DNA from: an uncultured Candidatus Micrarchaeota archaeon
Lineage (GTDB): Archaea; Micrarchaeota; Micrarchaeia; Anstonellales; Bilamarchaeaceae
Length of the DNA: 64,000 nucleotides
Reading direction: 5' to 3'
Assembly (NCBI GenBank): GCA_963714085.1
Contig: OY970229.1
Coordinates: 928,001 to 992,000, forward strand
Shown: in pieces, positions 1 through 10,814 of the stretch
Position numbering within the stretch: the stretch's first letter is position 1
Layout of the letters: the number at the start of each line of letters is the position of its first letter
Made by a program: the position numbers and the translations under genes
The notes under the pieces: model-generated
Seen by the model: the letters and a program-made list of their open reading frames with translations, nothing else
Database searches by the model: none
Told to the model about the DNA's origin: nothing

Positions 1-2
1 GG

Positions 3-2372
3 ACTTACAGCGACGGGCAACACACCCTCATCGCATACGCGAACGATACGCTCGGAGATAACTCAAGCGTCAGCGTCTCATTCACAGTGGACACGACCCC
101 GCCGATTGCCAACCAGATATTTCCCCTGCAAGGTTATCTCACCAATGCTTCGGCAATAAACTTCAGCTTCACAGCTGTCGACAACCTGTCAACAACCATG
201 AACTGCTCGTTGTACATCGACAATTTCCTGAATCGGTCGAATGCAACGACTCAGAACAATACGCTAACTAATTTTTCAGTCTTGGGCATACCAGACGGCA
301 GGCACAACTGGAGCATAAGCTGCACCGACCAGGCGAACAATACCAATATGAGCGCGACCAGTAATTTCACAGTGGACACAACGCCCCCAAGCACCATCCA
401 AATATTCCCTTTGCAAGGCTACCTCACCAACGTCTCAACGATAAACTTCAGCTTCACCGCAGTAGACAACCTGGCCTCGATAATGAACTGCTCGTTGTAC
501 ATCGACAATTTCCTGAATCGGTCGAATGCAACGACTCAGAACAATACGCTAACTAATTTTTCAGTCTTGGGCATACCAGACGGCAGGCACAACTGGAGCA
601 TAAGCTGCACCGACCAGGCGAACAATACCAATATGAGCGCGACCAGTAATTTCACAGTGGATACGACCGCCCCGATGATCATCCTCAACTCACCCGCCAA
701 CCTATCCTTGTTCAACATCCAGAACGTAACCTTCAACTTCACCACGGTGGACAATCTGGCTCCACCAATGAACTGCTCGATTTTCCTAGACAACGTCCTG
801 AACTCGACCAACCCATTGGTGAACAACGACACAGCGGCCAGCTTTCTGATTAGTGGCATAAGCGACGGCAACCACACCTGGTACGTTGCGTGCACTGATA
901 ACGCCAATAACACAGGCCCGAGCGCAACCTGGAACTTCAGCGTCGGCACGATTCCGCCAACAATCTCAGGCATCTCAAACATAATCCAGACAGCGACCAA
1001 CCTGACTTCGAACGTGACTTACAGCCCCACCGCAAAAGACGAGTACAACGCCTCCGTCAACGTGTCATGCACACCTGCTTCCGGCTCACTATTCCCAATC
1101 GGAACTACTATGGTGAACTGCACCGCAACCGACGCCTACAACAACGCGGCTAATGAATCATTCAACGTGACCGAGAACCCGGGCGCAACGGCCCCGACAA
1201 TCTCAAACATCCAGAACATAACTGATACCGCAGTGACTCCTGCCGGAACTATAGAGAATTACACCCCCACAGCGGAGGACGAGTACAACGCATCGGTCAA
1301 CGTGTCATGCACGCCTCCATCTGGGTCACTCTTCCCGATAGGGACTACGCATGTGAACTGCAGCGCGACGGACATCTACGGCAACACGGCCAATGCGGCA
1401 TTCAACGTGACGGAGAACACAAACCCACCGAACATAGCGCTCAGCAGCCCTGCAAACGGAGCTTCTTACACGTCAAGCGCGCCCCTCAACGTGACCTTCA
1501 ACTTCACGGCGACTGAACCGGCGACTCCAACAATGAACTGCTCGCTTTACCTGGGCGGGCTGCTCAACTACACTAATGATAGCGTCGTAGGTGGCTTCCC
1601 CAACCAGATAATCGTGCTGATGGAGCTCGGAAGCCATATCTGGAACGTCACCTGCCAGGATATCTACAATAATACGAACTCATCAGCGACCTACGGCTTC
1701 ACGATAGCTGCACCTGCGCCGGCCCCGGCGCCTTCGTCCGGAGGAGGCGGGGGTGGCGGAGGAGGCGGCGGTGGGGGTGGTGGAGGCGGTGGCGGAGGTG
1801 GCGGCGGCGCAGCGATCGCACCCACGGCGAACATCACACTCGAGCATCCAATCCCTTCGGCAAACGCGTGCAAGCTTGACAGAGACTGCAATAGCAGCGA
1901 TGCCTGCTTCGGCGGCATATGCAGGCAGCTGAACGGCACATGCGGTTTCGCCGCCAACCATACCTGGAATTCGTATCAATGCTGCTCCGACGCCATGTGC
2001 CCCACGGACTCCGAGTGCAACAACAACTCCTGCGTCATCTACGAGGCGCCCCAGGTCCAGCCTGAGGTCGAGAACAAGACGGTGTATGTGACGGAGCAGC
2101 CGTGCCAATGCAGGCTCTTCGGGATGTGCTCGCCGACCGGCTCGCCGACTATAGCAGGCAGCTGCTGGTACAACCCCGCGATTGCCGCCATCGTTGCAAT
2201 CATAATACTCGGCTTCGCGTACCGCATCGCGACCATGATAAATATCGGGCGCGGGAAAGCGGAGACCAATACCCAAGAGCCCAAAGGCGGGGGAACACCT
2301 GGCAAAAAGCACAAGAGGAAGAGGAAAGCGCAAACTGCAGCGTCTTCCACGCCGCCCATGAGCGGGGCATAG
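3..2372 (+). CDS. Cell-surface glycoprotein, 5'-partial: Ig-like repeats, HYR-like repeats, poly-Gly linker, Cys-rich domain, C-terminal TM helix
   Basis: Frame is open from position 3, upstream of the tracked GTG at 87. Repeated (V)DTTPP...G(R/N)H(N/T)W..C.D units, two CTP.SGSLFPIGTT.VNC.ATD units, many NxS/T sequons, 23 Gly codons at 1740-1808, TM helix plus basic tail. Confidence 0.85.
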   Translation, partial: TYSDGQHTLIAYANDTLGDNSSVSVSFTVDTTPPIANQIFPLQGYLTNASAINFSFTAVDNLSTTMNCSLYIDNFLNRSNATTQNNTLTNFSVLGIPDGRHNWSISCTDQANNTNMSATSNFTVDTTPPSTIQIFPLQGYLTNVSTINFSFTAVDNLASIMNCSLYIDNFLNRSNATTQNNTLTNFSVLGIPDGRHNWSISCTDQANNTNMSATSNFTVDTTAPMIILNSPANLSLFNIQNVTFNFTTVDNLAPPMNCSIFLDNVLNSTNPLVNNDTAASFLISGISDGNHTWYVACTDNANNTGPSATWNFSVGTIPPTISGISNIIQTATNLTSNVTYSPTAKDEYNASVNVSCTPASGSLFPIGTTMVNCTATDAYNNAANESFNVTENPGATAPTISNIQNITDTAVTPAGTIENYTPTAEDEYNASVNVSCTPPSGSLFPIGTTHVNCSATDIYGNTANAAFNVTENTNPPNIALSSPANGASYTSSAPLNVTFNFTATEPATPTMNCSLYLGGLLNYTNDSVVGGFPNQIIVLMELGSHIWNVTCQDIYNNTNSSATYGFTIAAPAPAPAPSSGGGGGGGGGGGGGGGGGGGGGGGAAIAPTANITLEHPIPSANACKLDRDCNSSDACFGGICRQLNGTCGFAANHTWNSYQCCSDAMCPTDSECNNNSCVIYEAPQVQPEVENKTVYVTEQPCQCRLFGMCSPTGSPTIAGSCWYNPAIAAIVAIIILGFAYRIATMINIGRGKAETNTQEPKGGGTPGKKHKRKRKAQTAASSTPPMSGA
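198..661 (+). repeat. Intragenic direct repeat, 285-nt period
   Basis: 198-376 and 483-661 read identical by eye. Confidence 0.9.
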
Positions 2373-2465
2373 CGCTGCGATATGGTTTATATTCCTAACT
2401 GGAGACTTCCTTTAGTAGTCCCGATGCAAAACGGATGATCGTATCAAAAAGAGGCATGTGAGCGT

Positions 2466-3437
2466 ATGGCGATAATCAGCTGCAAGGCCCTCACGAAACG
2501 GTATGAGACCAAGGTCGTCGCAGTGGACGCGCTGGACCTGGACATAGAGGAGGGTGAGGTCTTCGGCCTGCTGGGCCCGAACGGCGCAGGCAAGACTACG
2601 ACCATCTCCATGCTCTGCACGCTCATACATTCCACTTCGGGGCAGGCCCTGGTGGCCGGCTTCGACATAAAGAAGCAGCCCTCCGAGGTGAGGCGGAACA
2701 TAGGGATCGTGTTCCAGGAGCCCAGCGTGGACGATTTGCTCACCGGCAGGGAGAACCTCGAGCTCCACGGCAGGCTCTATAACATGAAGGACCTGGACAG
2801 GAACGCGCGCATAAAGGAGATGCTCGAGCTGGTCGGGCTCACCGACCGCGCGGACGACCTTGTCAGGGAATACTCAGGAGGCATGCGCAGGCGCTTAGAG
2901 ATCGCCCGCGGCCTCATGCACAGGCCGAAGGTGCTTTTCCTCGATGAGCCTACGCTGGGCCTGGACCCGCAGAGCAGGACGCACATCTGGGATTACATCA
3001 AGAAATTGTCCAAGGAGCACGGCACGACCATGGTGCTCACCACCCACTACATGGAGGAGGCGGACCTCCTCTGCAACCGCATAGGCATTATCGATTTAGG
3101 CAAGATAATCGCGCTCGGCACCCCGCGCGAGCTCAAGAGCAAGATCGGGGAGGACATCGTCAGGCTGAAAGGGGTGGTGGACCCGGCCCCGATCAAGAAG
3201 CTCAAATTCGTGAAGAAGGTCGCCCAGTCGGACGGCGTGACCACGGTCGCGCTGGTGGACGCGCCCGCGAATCTCCAGGCCCTGCTGAAAGTCATAGGCA
3301 AGGTCGACTACGTGGAGGTGCGCGAGGTCACGCTCAACGACGTGTTCCTCCATTACACCGGCAAGGAGATACACAAGGAGGAGGGCGAGGGCGGCTGGTT
3401 CGAGCGCGTGGCGCGCTCAGGTGGTAACCGTGCTTGA
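2466..3437 (+). CDS. ABC transporter ATP-binding subunit (DrrA-like)
   Basis: GPNGAGKTT Walker A, YSGGMRRR signature, LFLDEPT Walker B. Confidence 0.95.
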   Translation: MAIISCKALTKRYETKVVAVDALDLDIEEGEVFGLLGPNGAGKTTTISMLCTLIHSTSGQALVAGFDIKKQPSEVRRNIGIVFQEPSVDDLLTGRENLELHGRLYNMKDLDRNARIKEMLELVGLTDRADDLVREYSGGMRRRLEIARGLMHRPKVLFLDEPTLGLDPQSRTHIWDYIKKLSKEHGTTMVLTTHYMEEADLLCNRIGIIDLGKIIALGTPRELKSKIGEDIVRLKGVVDPAPIKKLKFVKKVAQSDGVTTVALVDAPANLQALLKVIGKVDYVEVREVTLNDVFLHYTGKEIHKEEGEGGWFERVARSGGNRA

Positions 3438-4194
3438 ATTCCATGGCATATACGCGGTGTGGAAGCGCGAGCTGCTGGTCTACCTTAGGGAGAAGGAGAG
3501 GGTGATAGGCTCCTTCGTGTCCCCGCTGCTCTGGCTCTTTGTGTTCGGGAGCGGCGTAGGCGCCAGCATGTACGCCGGCACAGCGATAACCGGAAGCTAC
3601 CAGGCGTACATATTCCCGGGCATACTCACGATGTCCGTGCTCTTCGTGTCCATGTTCTACGGATTGTACATCATCTGGGACAGGAGGCTCGACTTCCTCA
3701 AGGAGGTCCTCGTTGCGCCGGTCTCGCGGAGCAGCATATTCGTCGGGAAGGTGTCCGGAGGGATGTCCGATTCGCTCATCCAGGGCTTCATAATCATGGT
3801 CATAGGCGCGATTTTCATAGTCAGCCTCAGCCCGCTGCAGTTCATCGGGACGCTGCTCATACTCGCGCTGCTGACCTACTTCACGACCAGTCTCGGCCTG
3901 ATAATAGGCGCCAGCCTGGAGACCCAGGAGGGCTTCGCGCTTGTGATGAACTTCGTCATGTGGCCCATGTTCTTCTTCAGCGGCGCGCTGTTCCCGGTCT
4001 CCCAGCTTCCGGCGTACCTGAAGCCCATCAGCCTGATCAACCCGGTCACCTACGCTGTGGACGCCCTGCGGACCGTGGTCCTCGGGCAGTCCATCTTCCC
4101 GTTCTATCTGGACATCGTCATCCTGGTTGCGTTCTCCTTCGTGGCCTCGATAATAGGGGTAATGTCCTTCGGGAACCTGCAGCAGGCGAAATAG
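3421..4194 (+). CDS. ABC-2 type permease
   Basis: About six TM segments, FFSGALFP and NPVTYAVDALR motifs; overlaps the ATPase gene (start may be GTG 3430). Confidence 0.9.
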   Translation: MVTVLEFHGIYAVWKRELLVYLREKERVIGSFVSPLLWLFVFGSGVGASMYAGTAITGSYQAYIFPGILTMSVLFVSMFYGLYIIWDRRLDFLKEVLVAPVSRSSIFVGKVSGGMSDSLIQGFIIMVIGAIFIVSLSPLQFIGTLLILALLTYFTTSLGLIIGASLETQEGFALVMNFVMWPMFFFSGALFPVSQLPAYLKPISLINPVTYAVDALRTVVLGQSIFPFYLDIVILVAFSFVASIIGVMSFGNLQQAK

Positions 4195-4195
4195 G

Positions 4196-4663
4196 CTATC
4201 TGAGCTTCGCTGCGAAATCCCTGATCTTTATCCGGAAAGAGTCTTTCCCGGCCTCGCTGGCGGAGAGCGCGAGCGTGGCCAGGGGACCGATTCCGCACAC
4301 GGAGGCCATCTCGCGGAACGCGTCCTCGCTTCCTGTGCTGCCCTGCGTGCAGAAGAACGCGACTTTCCTCAGCGATGCTTTATTGGCGCTCAGATACGTC
4401 CGTATGGGCGTGGAGACGTTCCATCCCCAGACCGGGGTCCCGATGATCACGAGCTCGTATCGCGACGGATCTGACCTCATCTCCTTGATCCTCGTCAGGG
4501 CCTTCGTGCTCGAGTCCTTGCCGGCCATGATGAACCCCATCACGCCGTTCCTGTCCTTGGTGTCGAAAATCTCCTCGATATCGCATTTGAGCTCCGCAGC
4601 CAAGGCCTCCGCGACTTTCTTCGTTGTTCCGGTCCTGGAGTAATATATTATCAGGGTCTTCAT
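4196..4663 (-). CDS. Flavodoxin family protein
   Basis: MKTLIIYYSRTGTTKKVA FMN loop, IIGTPVW, AFFCT; ATG at 4663 inside the longer tracked ORF. Confidence 0.88.
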   Translation of the reverse strand: MKTLIIYYSRTGTTKKVAEALAAELKCDIEEIFDTKDRNGVMGFIMAGKDSSTKALTRIKEMRSDPSRYELVIIGTPVWGWNVSTPIRTYLSANKASLRKVAFFCTQGSTGSEDAFREMASVCGIGPLATLALSASEAGKDSFRIKIRDFAAKLR

Positions 4664-4717
4664 GCAATCCCTTTCTCCTGCCTGGTTTTTATCGCTTATG
4701 TGCCAATATAACGATTT

Positions 4718-5263
4718 ATGGGAACCGGTTGCATGCGCTGCGGGAACTGCTGCACGCGCTTCGTGGTCTGCGTGACTCCTTCGGACGTGCTCCGAATAGC
4801 GCAAGCCACGGGCAAAAAGCCCGGATCGTTCGTATCCGTGGTCCAAGAGCCGCTCGAGCGCGAGCGCGAGGAGCCGGCGATACTCATCGATGCAGAGCCC
4901 TGCCTGTTGGTCCTCAAGCGCATGGCAGGTAACGTGTGCATGTTCTACAATGGCGAAGGCTGCGGCGTCTACGATTCGCGGCCCATGCTCTGCAGGACCT
5001 ATCCGTTCCACCTGGAAGGCGCTTCCCTTCCGAGCATGAAATCGCGCGTATGTCCAGAACGCTGGCAGCCCTCTGCTGCGGAAAAGAAGCGCTATATCGC
5101 GGATTGCAGGAGATACGAATCCCAAATCCGCACCTACTGGAAAATCGCAATGCAATGGAACCAAAATGGGGGCAGCCTCGAATCCTTCCTCGCATTCGCG
5201 CTCGCAAACAGTTCTCCTACCCCTGAATCCAGAATCGCAAAAGCCATTGAAACGAATAAATAG
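4718..5263 (+). CDS. YkgJ-family (CxxCxxCC) cysteine-cluster protein
   Basis: CMRCGNCC, CMFY...CGVYDSRPMLCRTYPF. Confidence 0.85.
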   Translation: MGTGCMRCGNCCTRFVVCVTPSDVLRIAQATGKKPGSFVSVVQEPLEREREEPAILIDAEPCLLVLKRMAGNVCMFYNGEGCGVYDSRPMLCRTYPFHLEGASLPSMKSRVCPERWQPSAAEKKRYIADCRRYESQIRTYWKIAMQWNQNGGSLESFLAFALANSSPTPESRIAKAIETNK

Positions 5264-5285
5264 CTTTCCGGTTCTATAACACTTC

Positions 5286-7817
5286 ATGTCTGCTAAAACA
5301 TCTAGCGAGAGGCATCAGACGCTCGGAGACAACGTAATCCCCCTCAGGTATCTCCTTGTCTTCGAGCCGGACCTCAAGACCTTCAAATCCAAGGGCAGCG
5401 AGGTCATAGAATGCACGGTTCGGGACAGGACAAAGGCCATACAGCTCAACTCGAAGGAGATCGATATCAAGCGCGCAGCCATAAAATCGAAAAACAGCCT
5501 TCAGAACGCGCGCATAAGGAAAAACGAGAAACTGGAGCGGATCGAGCTCGTCTTCGATAACGCGGTGAAAGGCCCGATAGAGATACGGATAGATTTCGTC
5601 TGCACGAACAACGAGAAGATGTACGGGTTCTACAGGAGCAGGTACAGCGTGGGCGGCAAGCAGAGATACATGCTCAGCTCGCAGTTCGAGGCCGCCAACG
5701 CGCGCGCCGCGTTCCCCTGCTTCGACGAGCCGGAGTTCAAGGCGGCGTTCAAGGTCTCGATGCGGATCGACAAGAGCCTGAGCGCGATCTCGAACATGCC
5801 GATAAAGAAAGAATCCCTTTCTTCAGGCAAGAAGCTCGTGGAATTCGACGAGACCCCGAAGATGTCGAGCTACTTACTTTATTTGTCAGTAGGCGAATTC
5901 GAGTTCATCGAAGACAGGCTCGGTAAGCTCAGGCTCCGCGTCATAACCACGCCCGGGAAAAAGCGATTCGCGAAGCTGCCCATGGAATACGCTAAGCGGT
6001 CGGTTAAGTGGCTGCAGGATTATTTCGGCATCGATTATCCGCTGCCGAAGCTCGACCTCATCGCCATACCGGATTTCGCCGCCGGAGCCATGGAGAACTG
6101 GGGCGCGATGACCTTCAGGGAAATCGCCCTGCTCTGCGATGAGAAGACCGCGCTTTTCAACAAGCAGTACATCGCGACCGTTGTCGCGCACGAGATCGTC
6201 CACCAGTGGTTCGGGGACCTGGTGACCATGGAATGGTGGAACGACACCTGGCTCAATGAGAGCTTCGCGGAGTTCATGAGCAACAAGGCGATAAACGAGA
6301 TCTACCCCAAGTGGCGCATAGAGACGCAATACGTCGCGAACACTTTCGGGACCGCGTTCGCAGCCGATTCCCTAAAGAGCACGCACCCCATAAGCGTGAA
6401 GGTCGACACGGTCGGGGAGGTCGTATCCATCTTCGACGCCATAAGCTATCAGAAAGGCGGAAGCATCCTGTACATGCTGGAGGACTACGTCGGAAAAGCC
6501 GTCTACAGGAAGGGGCTCCATCTTTACCTGAAGAGGCACGCATACTCCAATGCCACCAAGCGTGACCTCTGGGACGCGATCCAGCAGGCGGCGAAGGAAT
6601 CCGGGAAGAGGATCCAGGTCTCGGATGTCATCGAGAAATGGGTCACTAAGCCAGGCCACCCACTGATTCACGTCAGGAAGGCGCCGGGCGGGTTCTCGCT
6701 CAGGCAGGAGAGGTACACGCTGCTCGGCAGGGAGGATGATTCCTGGCCGATACCGCTGCATTACATGGCATCGACCGGGGTCTCGAGCACGTTGATGAGA
6801 AAGAAGGAGCAGAAGCTAAGCGTGAAGGGGGACTGGGTGAAGCTGAACTACGGGCAAAAGGGCTTCTACAGGGTGAAGTACGAAGCCGTCCTGCTTGCCG
6901 GGGTCGGGAAGCGAATAAAAGAAAACAGGATAGGCGACATCGACACCTGGGGCATAGAGAACGACCTTTTCTCATTCGTCCGGTCCGCCAGGATAAGCGT
7001 CGAGGAATACCTGGATTTCGTGAGCGATTACTGCACGGACAAGAGCTATCCGGCCAACTCGAGCATCTCCGGGCATCTCAACTGGCTCTGCAACATGGGC
7101 TATGGCCACGGTTTCGGGGAGAAGGCGAGGAAGGCAAGCATCAGCTTCCATAGGAAGGTGCTATCAAGGCTCGGATGGGAGAAACAGGACGGCGACGACA
7201 CCATCAAGGTGATGCTCAGGAACGCCGCGATATCAAGCCTCGGATTGGCCGGAGACAAGGCCACCCTCTCAAGGGCGAAAAAGGAATTCGAATCATATCT
7301 CAAAGGCGGGAAAGAGATAGACGTGAACATACGCGGTGCGATCTACGCGTTGAACGCATGGCAGGGGGATGAAAAGACCTTCGGCTTCTTCCTCAAGAGG
7401 TACAAGGAGGAGAAAGCCCCGGACGAGCAGAGAAGGAACCTCAGGGCCCTGGCCTTTTTCAGCGATCCGGCCCTGCTCCGCAGGACGCTCGACCTGAGCA
7501 AATCCGGCGAGGTGAGGCTGCAGGACTCCTTCCTGCTCCCAGCGGTGCTTTCCGAGAATACGATTGGAAAAGCGCTCATATGGGGCTGGACCAAGAAGAA
7601 CTGGCATGCGTTAATGAAGAAATACGACTCCGGCGCCCACATGCTCGGAGGGCTTGTCGACAACCTGTCCTACGTCTCGGACGCGAGGACCGCCTCGGAA
7701 ATAAAAAAATTCTTCGCCCGCAAGAGCAACAGGCGCGATGACATGAAGATGGAACTGACCCATGCGCTCGAGAGGATACAGACCAACATCAAGCTGATGG
7801 AGAAGAACCGGGACTGA
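5286..7817 (+). CDS. M1 family zinc aminopeptidase (tricorn-interacting factor F2/F3-like)
   Basis: GAMEN motif, HEIVH...E zinc motif, ERAP1-like C-terminal helical region. Confidence 0.95.
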   Translation: MSAKTSSERHQTLGDNVIPLRYLLVFEPDLKTFKSKGSEVIECTVRDRTKAIQLNSKEIDIKRAAIKSKNSLQNARIRKNEKLERIELVFDNAVKGPIEIRIDFVCTNNEKMYGFYRSRYSVGGKQRYMLSSQFEAANARAAFPCFDEPEFKAAFKVSMRIDKSLSAISNMPIKKESLSSGKKLVEFDETPKMSSYLLYLSVGEFEFIEDRLGKLRLRVITTPGKKRFAKLPMEYAKRSVKWLQDYFGIDYPLPKLDLIAIPDFAAGAMENWGAMTFREIALLCDEKTALFNKQYIATVVAHEIVHQWFGDLVTMEWWNDTWLNESFAEFMSNKAINEIYPKWRIETQYVANTFGTAFAADSLKSTHPISVKVDTVGEVVSIFDAISYQKGGSILYMLEDYVGKAVYRKGLHLYLKRHAYSNATKRDLWDAIQQAAKESGKRIQVSDVIEKWVTKPGHPLIHVRKAPGGFSLRQERYTLLGREDDSWPIPLHYMASTGVSSTLMRKKEQKLSVKGDWVKLNYGQKGFYRVKYEAVLLAGVGKRIKENRIGDIDTWGIENDLFSFVRSARISVEEYLDFVSDYCTDKSYPANSSISGHLNWLCNMGYGHGFGEKARKASISFHRKVLSRLGWEKQDGDDTIKVMLRNAAISSLGLAGDKATLSRAKKEFESYLKGGKEIDVNIRGAIYALNAWQGDEKTFGFFLKRYKEEKAPDEQRRNLRALAFFSDPALLRRTLDLSKSGEVRLQDSFLLPAVLSENTIGKALIWGWTKKNWHALMKKYDSGAHMLGGLVDNLSYVSDARTASEIKKFFARKSNRRDDMKMELTHALERIQTNIKLMEKNRD

Positions 7818-7883
7818 CGGCATACTTCCATCCAACTGCAAAAAAACGCGGGATTATATTTTTTGCCTAATCCATCCCTTGCC

Positions 7884-9056
7884 ATGGCAGATGAGAAACG
7901 CATCAGCCCGATCGTCTACATCCTGGGGGTCGTCAGCTTCCTCACCGACATCTCGAGCGAGATGATATTCCCGATCCTCCCCCTGTTCATCACCTCCATC
8001 CTGGGGGCGGGTACGGCCATCCTCGGCATCATAGAAGGTGTCGCGGACAGCACGGCCAGCCTGGTGGAGATATTCTCCGGCTATTTCTCGGACAGGCTCG
8101 GGAAAAGGCGGCAGTTCATAATCGCCGGCTATGGGATATCGTCGCTGGTGAAGGTGGTCATCGCGCTGTCCACGACCTGGTGGCAGGTCCTAATAGCCCG
8201 CGGCCTGGAGCGGGTGGGCAAGGGCGTGCGCGAATCGCCGCGCGACGCGCTCATATCGTCGTCCACCGGAGCGGAGGTGCGGGGCAAGGCGTTCGGCATC
8301 CACCGCGCAATGGACAGCGCGGGCGCAGTGATAGGCCCGATAATCGCATATCTCCTGCTCCTGAAGTTCGGCAGCATGGAGCCGGGGTTCCGCACGGTCT
8401 TCCTCGCGGCCCTTATACCAGCGTTCCTGGCGGTGCTGGTCATAATCCTTTTCGTGAAGGAGCCTGAGAAGGCGGCACCCCCCAAGGTCAGGCCGCGGTT
8501 CTGGGACGCGCTGCGCCAGATGACGCCAAGATACAAGACGTTCCTCAAGGTCTCCCTGCTGTTCTCCATATCGTACTTCAGCTTCGCCTTCTTCATCGTG
8601 CGCGCCGCGGACATGGGGATCAACACCGCGAGCGTGCTGCTGATGTACGTCCTCTACAATATCATGTACGCGCTTGCCTCGGTCCCCGCGGGCGTGCTCT
8701 CGGACAGGATCGGCAGGAAGCCGGTGATAGCCGGGGCGTTCGCGCTCTACGGGCTGGTCTGCCTCGGGTTCGCTTTCTCGAGCCAATGGTGGCAGGCAGC
8801 GGCCCTCTTCGCGCTCTACGGGATCTTCGTGGCCGCAGACGACAGCGTGAACAAGGCGTTCATCGCGGACATCACCGACGAGGACAAGCGCGGCACCGCC
8901 CTGGGCGCGTACAGCACCGCTATCGGCGCAGCATACCTGCCCGCGAGCATAATCGTAGGCGCGCTCTGGGCGCTCTCTGGCCCTGTCGCAGGATTCACGC
9001 TCGCCGCGGCCATCGCGCTGCTCTCGGCGCTCCTGTTCGTGAAATACGTGAAATGA
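7884..9056 (+). CDS. MFS transporter
   Basis: GYFSDRLGKRR and GVLSDRIGRK motif A copies; about 12 TM segments. Confidence 0.92.
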   Translation: MADEKRISPIVYILGVVSFLTDISSEMIFPILPLFITSILGAGTAILGIIEGVADSTASLVEIFSGYFSDRLGKRRQFIIAGYGISSLVKVVIALSTTWWQVLIARGLERVGKGVRESPRDALISSSTGAEVRGKAFGIHRAMDSAGAVIGPIIAYLLLLKFGSMEPGFRTVFLAALIPAFLAVLVIILFVKEPEKAAPPKVRPRFWDALRQMTPRYKTFLKVSLLFSISYFSFAFFIVRAADMGINTASVLLMYVLYNIMYALASVPAGVLSDRIGRKPVIAGAFALYGLVCLGFAFSSQWWQAAALFALYGIFVAADDSVNKAFIADITDEDKRGTALGAYSTAIGAAYLPASIIVGALWALSGPVAGFTLAAAIALLSALLFVKYVK

Positions 9057-9069
9057 ACGAGGTGATGGA

Positions 9070-9528
9070 ATGGTATTGGGAATCGGGGAAGGGAAGATCG
9101 AGATAACCACTGAAAAGCAGAGCTATGCGCCCGGGGAAAAACTCAAGGGGAAGGTGACGCTCACCCTGAACCAGCCGAAAAAGGCCAGGGAGCTCAGGAT
9201 ACTCTTCTACGGGGAGCGGAGAGTCAAGGGGCCAACGATGTACACCGCCGGCTCGTCGAATAGAGGCAATGTCGAGCGGATATACCCGCAGGACATACAA
9301 CTCGCAGGGGAGCAGGAATACCCGGCCGGGGCGAGCGAATACGACTTCGAGTTCACGCTCCCGAGCCCGCAACGGATCACGCCCCAGGCGGACAATCCGC
9401 TCGCAGGGATGGTCGGCATGCTCGTGGGAGACCCCTGGGCGCGTGTCAAGTGGAAGCTCGACGCGTCGCTCAACCTCCCGATGTCCTTCGACATCAACAA
9501 CAAGATGCAGATAAATCTCGTTTTCTGA
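9070..9528 (+). CDS. Arrestin-N/SpoOM-like beta-sandwich protein
   Basis: YAPGEKLKGKVTL and EYDFEFTLP patterns. Confidence 0.6.
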   Translation: MVLGIGEGKIEITTEKQSYAPGEKLKGKVTLTLNQPKKARELRILFYGERRVKGPTMYTAGSSNRGNVERIYPQDIQLAGEQEYPAGASEYDFEFTLPSPQRITPQADNPLAGMVGMLVGDPWARVKWKLDASLNLPMSFDINNKMQINLVF

Positions 9529-9555
9529 ATTATTTTTTCAATATTTCCCAGGCAA

Positions 9556-10065
9556 TCATCCGATCGACAGCCGCGCGATGTTCTTCAGTTCCCTGATCCT
9601 CAGGAAAGCGGCGGGAGGGAGCTTTTTTTCGAGCACTACGGTCAGTTTCGGGTTCGGATAGATGTCAGGGTCGTCGCAGACCAGCTGCCTGATGCTGATC
9701 CTCGCGTCCGCGATTATGGCGGTCACCGAGCTCACTATGCCCCTGGCATGGGGCTCGGCCTCTATCTCTATGACCTCGAACCCAAGGCTCTTCGCCACTC
9801 CCCGGATGGATGCCGTGGGTTCCAGCGCCCGGAATATGCCGAAAAGCTCCGGCACGTCGCATATCAGCTGGCCGGTCTCCAACACGACTCTCCGGTCCAC
9901 GCCGAGAGCCCGCGCTATCTTCACCGGGCTTATCTCGATATCGCCCGAAAATATGCGTCCGTTCTTGTCGACGCGCATGCCCTGCCTGAGGAGGAGCTCG
10001 GCCACCTTTTTGCGCATCGGATAGCGCAGGAACGCATCTTCCAGGATAGGATACATAATGCACAT
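9556..10065 (-). CDS. Archaeal ACT-domain regulator of amino-acid metabolism (COG2150-like)
   Basis: KIARALGVDRRVV HTH-like segment plus C-terminal ACT-like domain (ISIRQLVCDDP). Confidence 0.8.
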   Translation of the reverse strand: MCIMYPILEDAFLRYPMRKKVAELLLRQGMRVDKNGRIFSGDIEISPVKIARALGVDRRVVLETGQLICDVPELFGIFRALEPTASIRGVAKSLGFEVIEIEAEPHARGIVSSVTAIIADARISIRQLVCDDPDIYPNPKLTVVLEKKLPPAAFLRIRELKNIARLSIG

Positions 10066-10112
10066 TTTTGTACGTAAAAGCTATAAATATATCATTGATG
10101 CCAATACTGCTT

Positions 10113-10814
10113 ATGCAACCGGCAGAAAAAATGCGCTCGGAGCGCCGCGGTCCGTATTCCTCCGGAGTCCCCACGTTCAGGCGCGCCTCCCCGCTCGCGG
10201 AAAAGCCGCGCGTGCTGCTCATAGACAACTTCGACTCGTTCACCTTCAACCTCTACCAGCTGTTCGGCATGCTCGGCGCCGAGCCGCTCGTTAAAAGGAA
10301 CGACGAGATTTCGCTCGCGCAGATAAGGGAATTCGATCCCCAGGCATTGGTGATCTCCCCAGGCCCTGGCAACCCGTCATTGAAAAAGGATTTCGGGGTG
10401 AGCGGTGATGCGATCCTGGAGTACTCCGGAAAAATCCCGGTGCTCGGGGTTTGCCTCGGCCACCAGGGCATAGTGCATGTCTTCGGCGGAAAAATCGTGC
10501 GCGCCAAGTGCCTCATGCACGGAAAGACCAGCCAAATCGCTTACCAGCGGAAAGGGATACTGTCCGATATCAGGGGCGGGCTCACAGCCATGCGCTACCA
10601 CTCGCTCGTGGCTGAGAAGGATTCGCTGCCATCGTGTCTCGAGGTCATCGCAACGAGCCGGGGCGATGGCGAGATAATGGCGATACGCCACAAGGAGCAC
10701 CCGACTTTCGGCCTGCAATTCCACCCGGAATCCGTGATGACTGAAAAAGGCCCGCTCATGATAAGCGCGTTTCTCAGCTACATCAACGGCGCTGGCCCGA
10801 GGCGAGAGTCATGA
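10113..10814 (+). CDS. trpG: Anthranilate/aminodeoxychorismate synthase component II (glutamine amidotransferase)
   Basis: IDNFDSFT, SPGPG, GVCLGHQ, RYHSL, QFHPES; start uncertain. Confidence 0.9.
   Translation: MQPAEKMRSERRGPYSSGVPTFRRASPLAEKPRVLLIDNFDSFTFNLYQLFGMLGAEPLVKRNDEISLAQIREFDPQALVISPGPGNPSLKKDFGVSGDAILEYSGKIPVLGVCLGHQGIVHVFGGKIVRAKCLMHGKTSQIAYQRKGILSDIRGGLTAMRYHSLVAEKDSLPSCLEVIATSRGDGEIMAIRHKEHPTFGLQFHPESVMTEKGPLMISAFLSYINGAGPRRES

Noticed and set aside
1691..1957. Poly-proline ORF
   Set aside because: It is the reverse complement of the poly-Gly linker.
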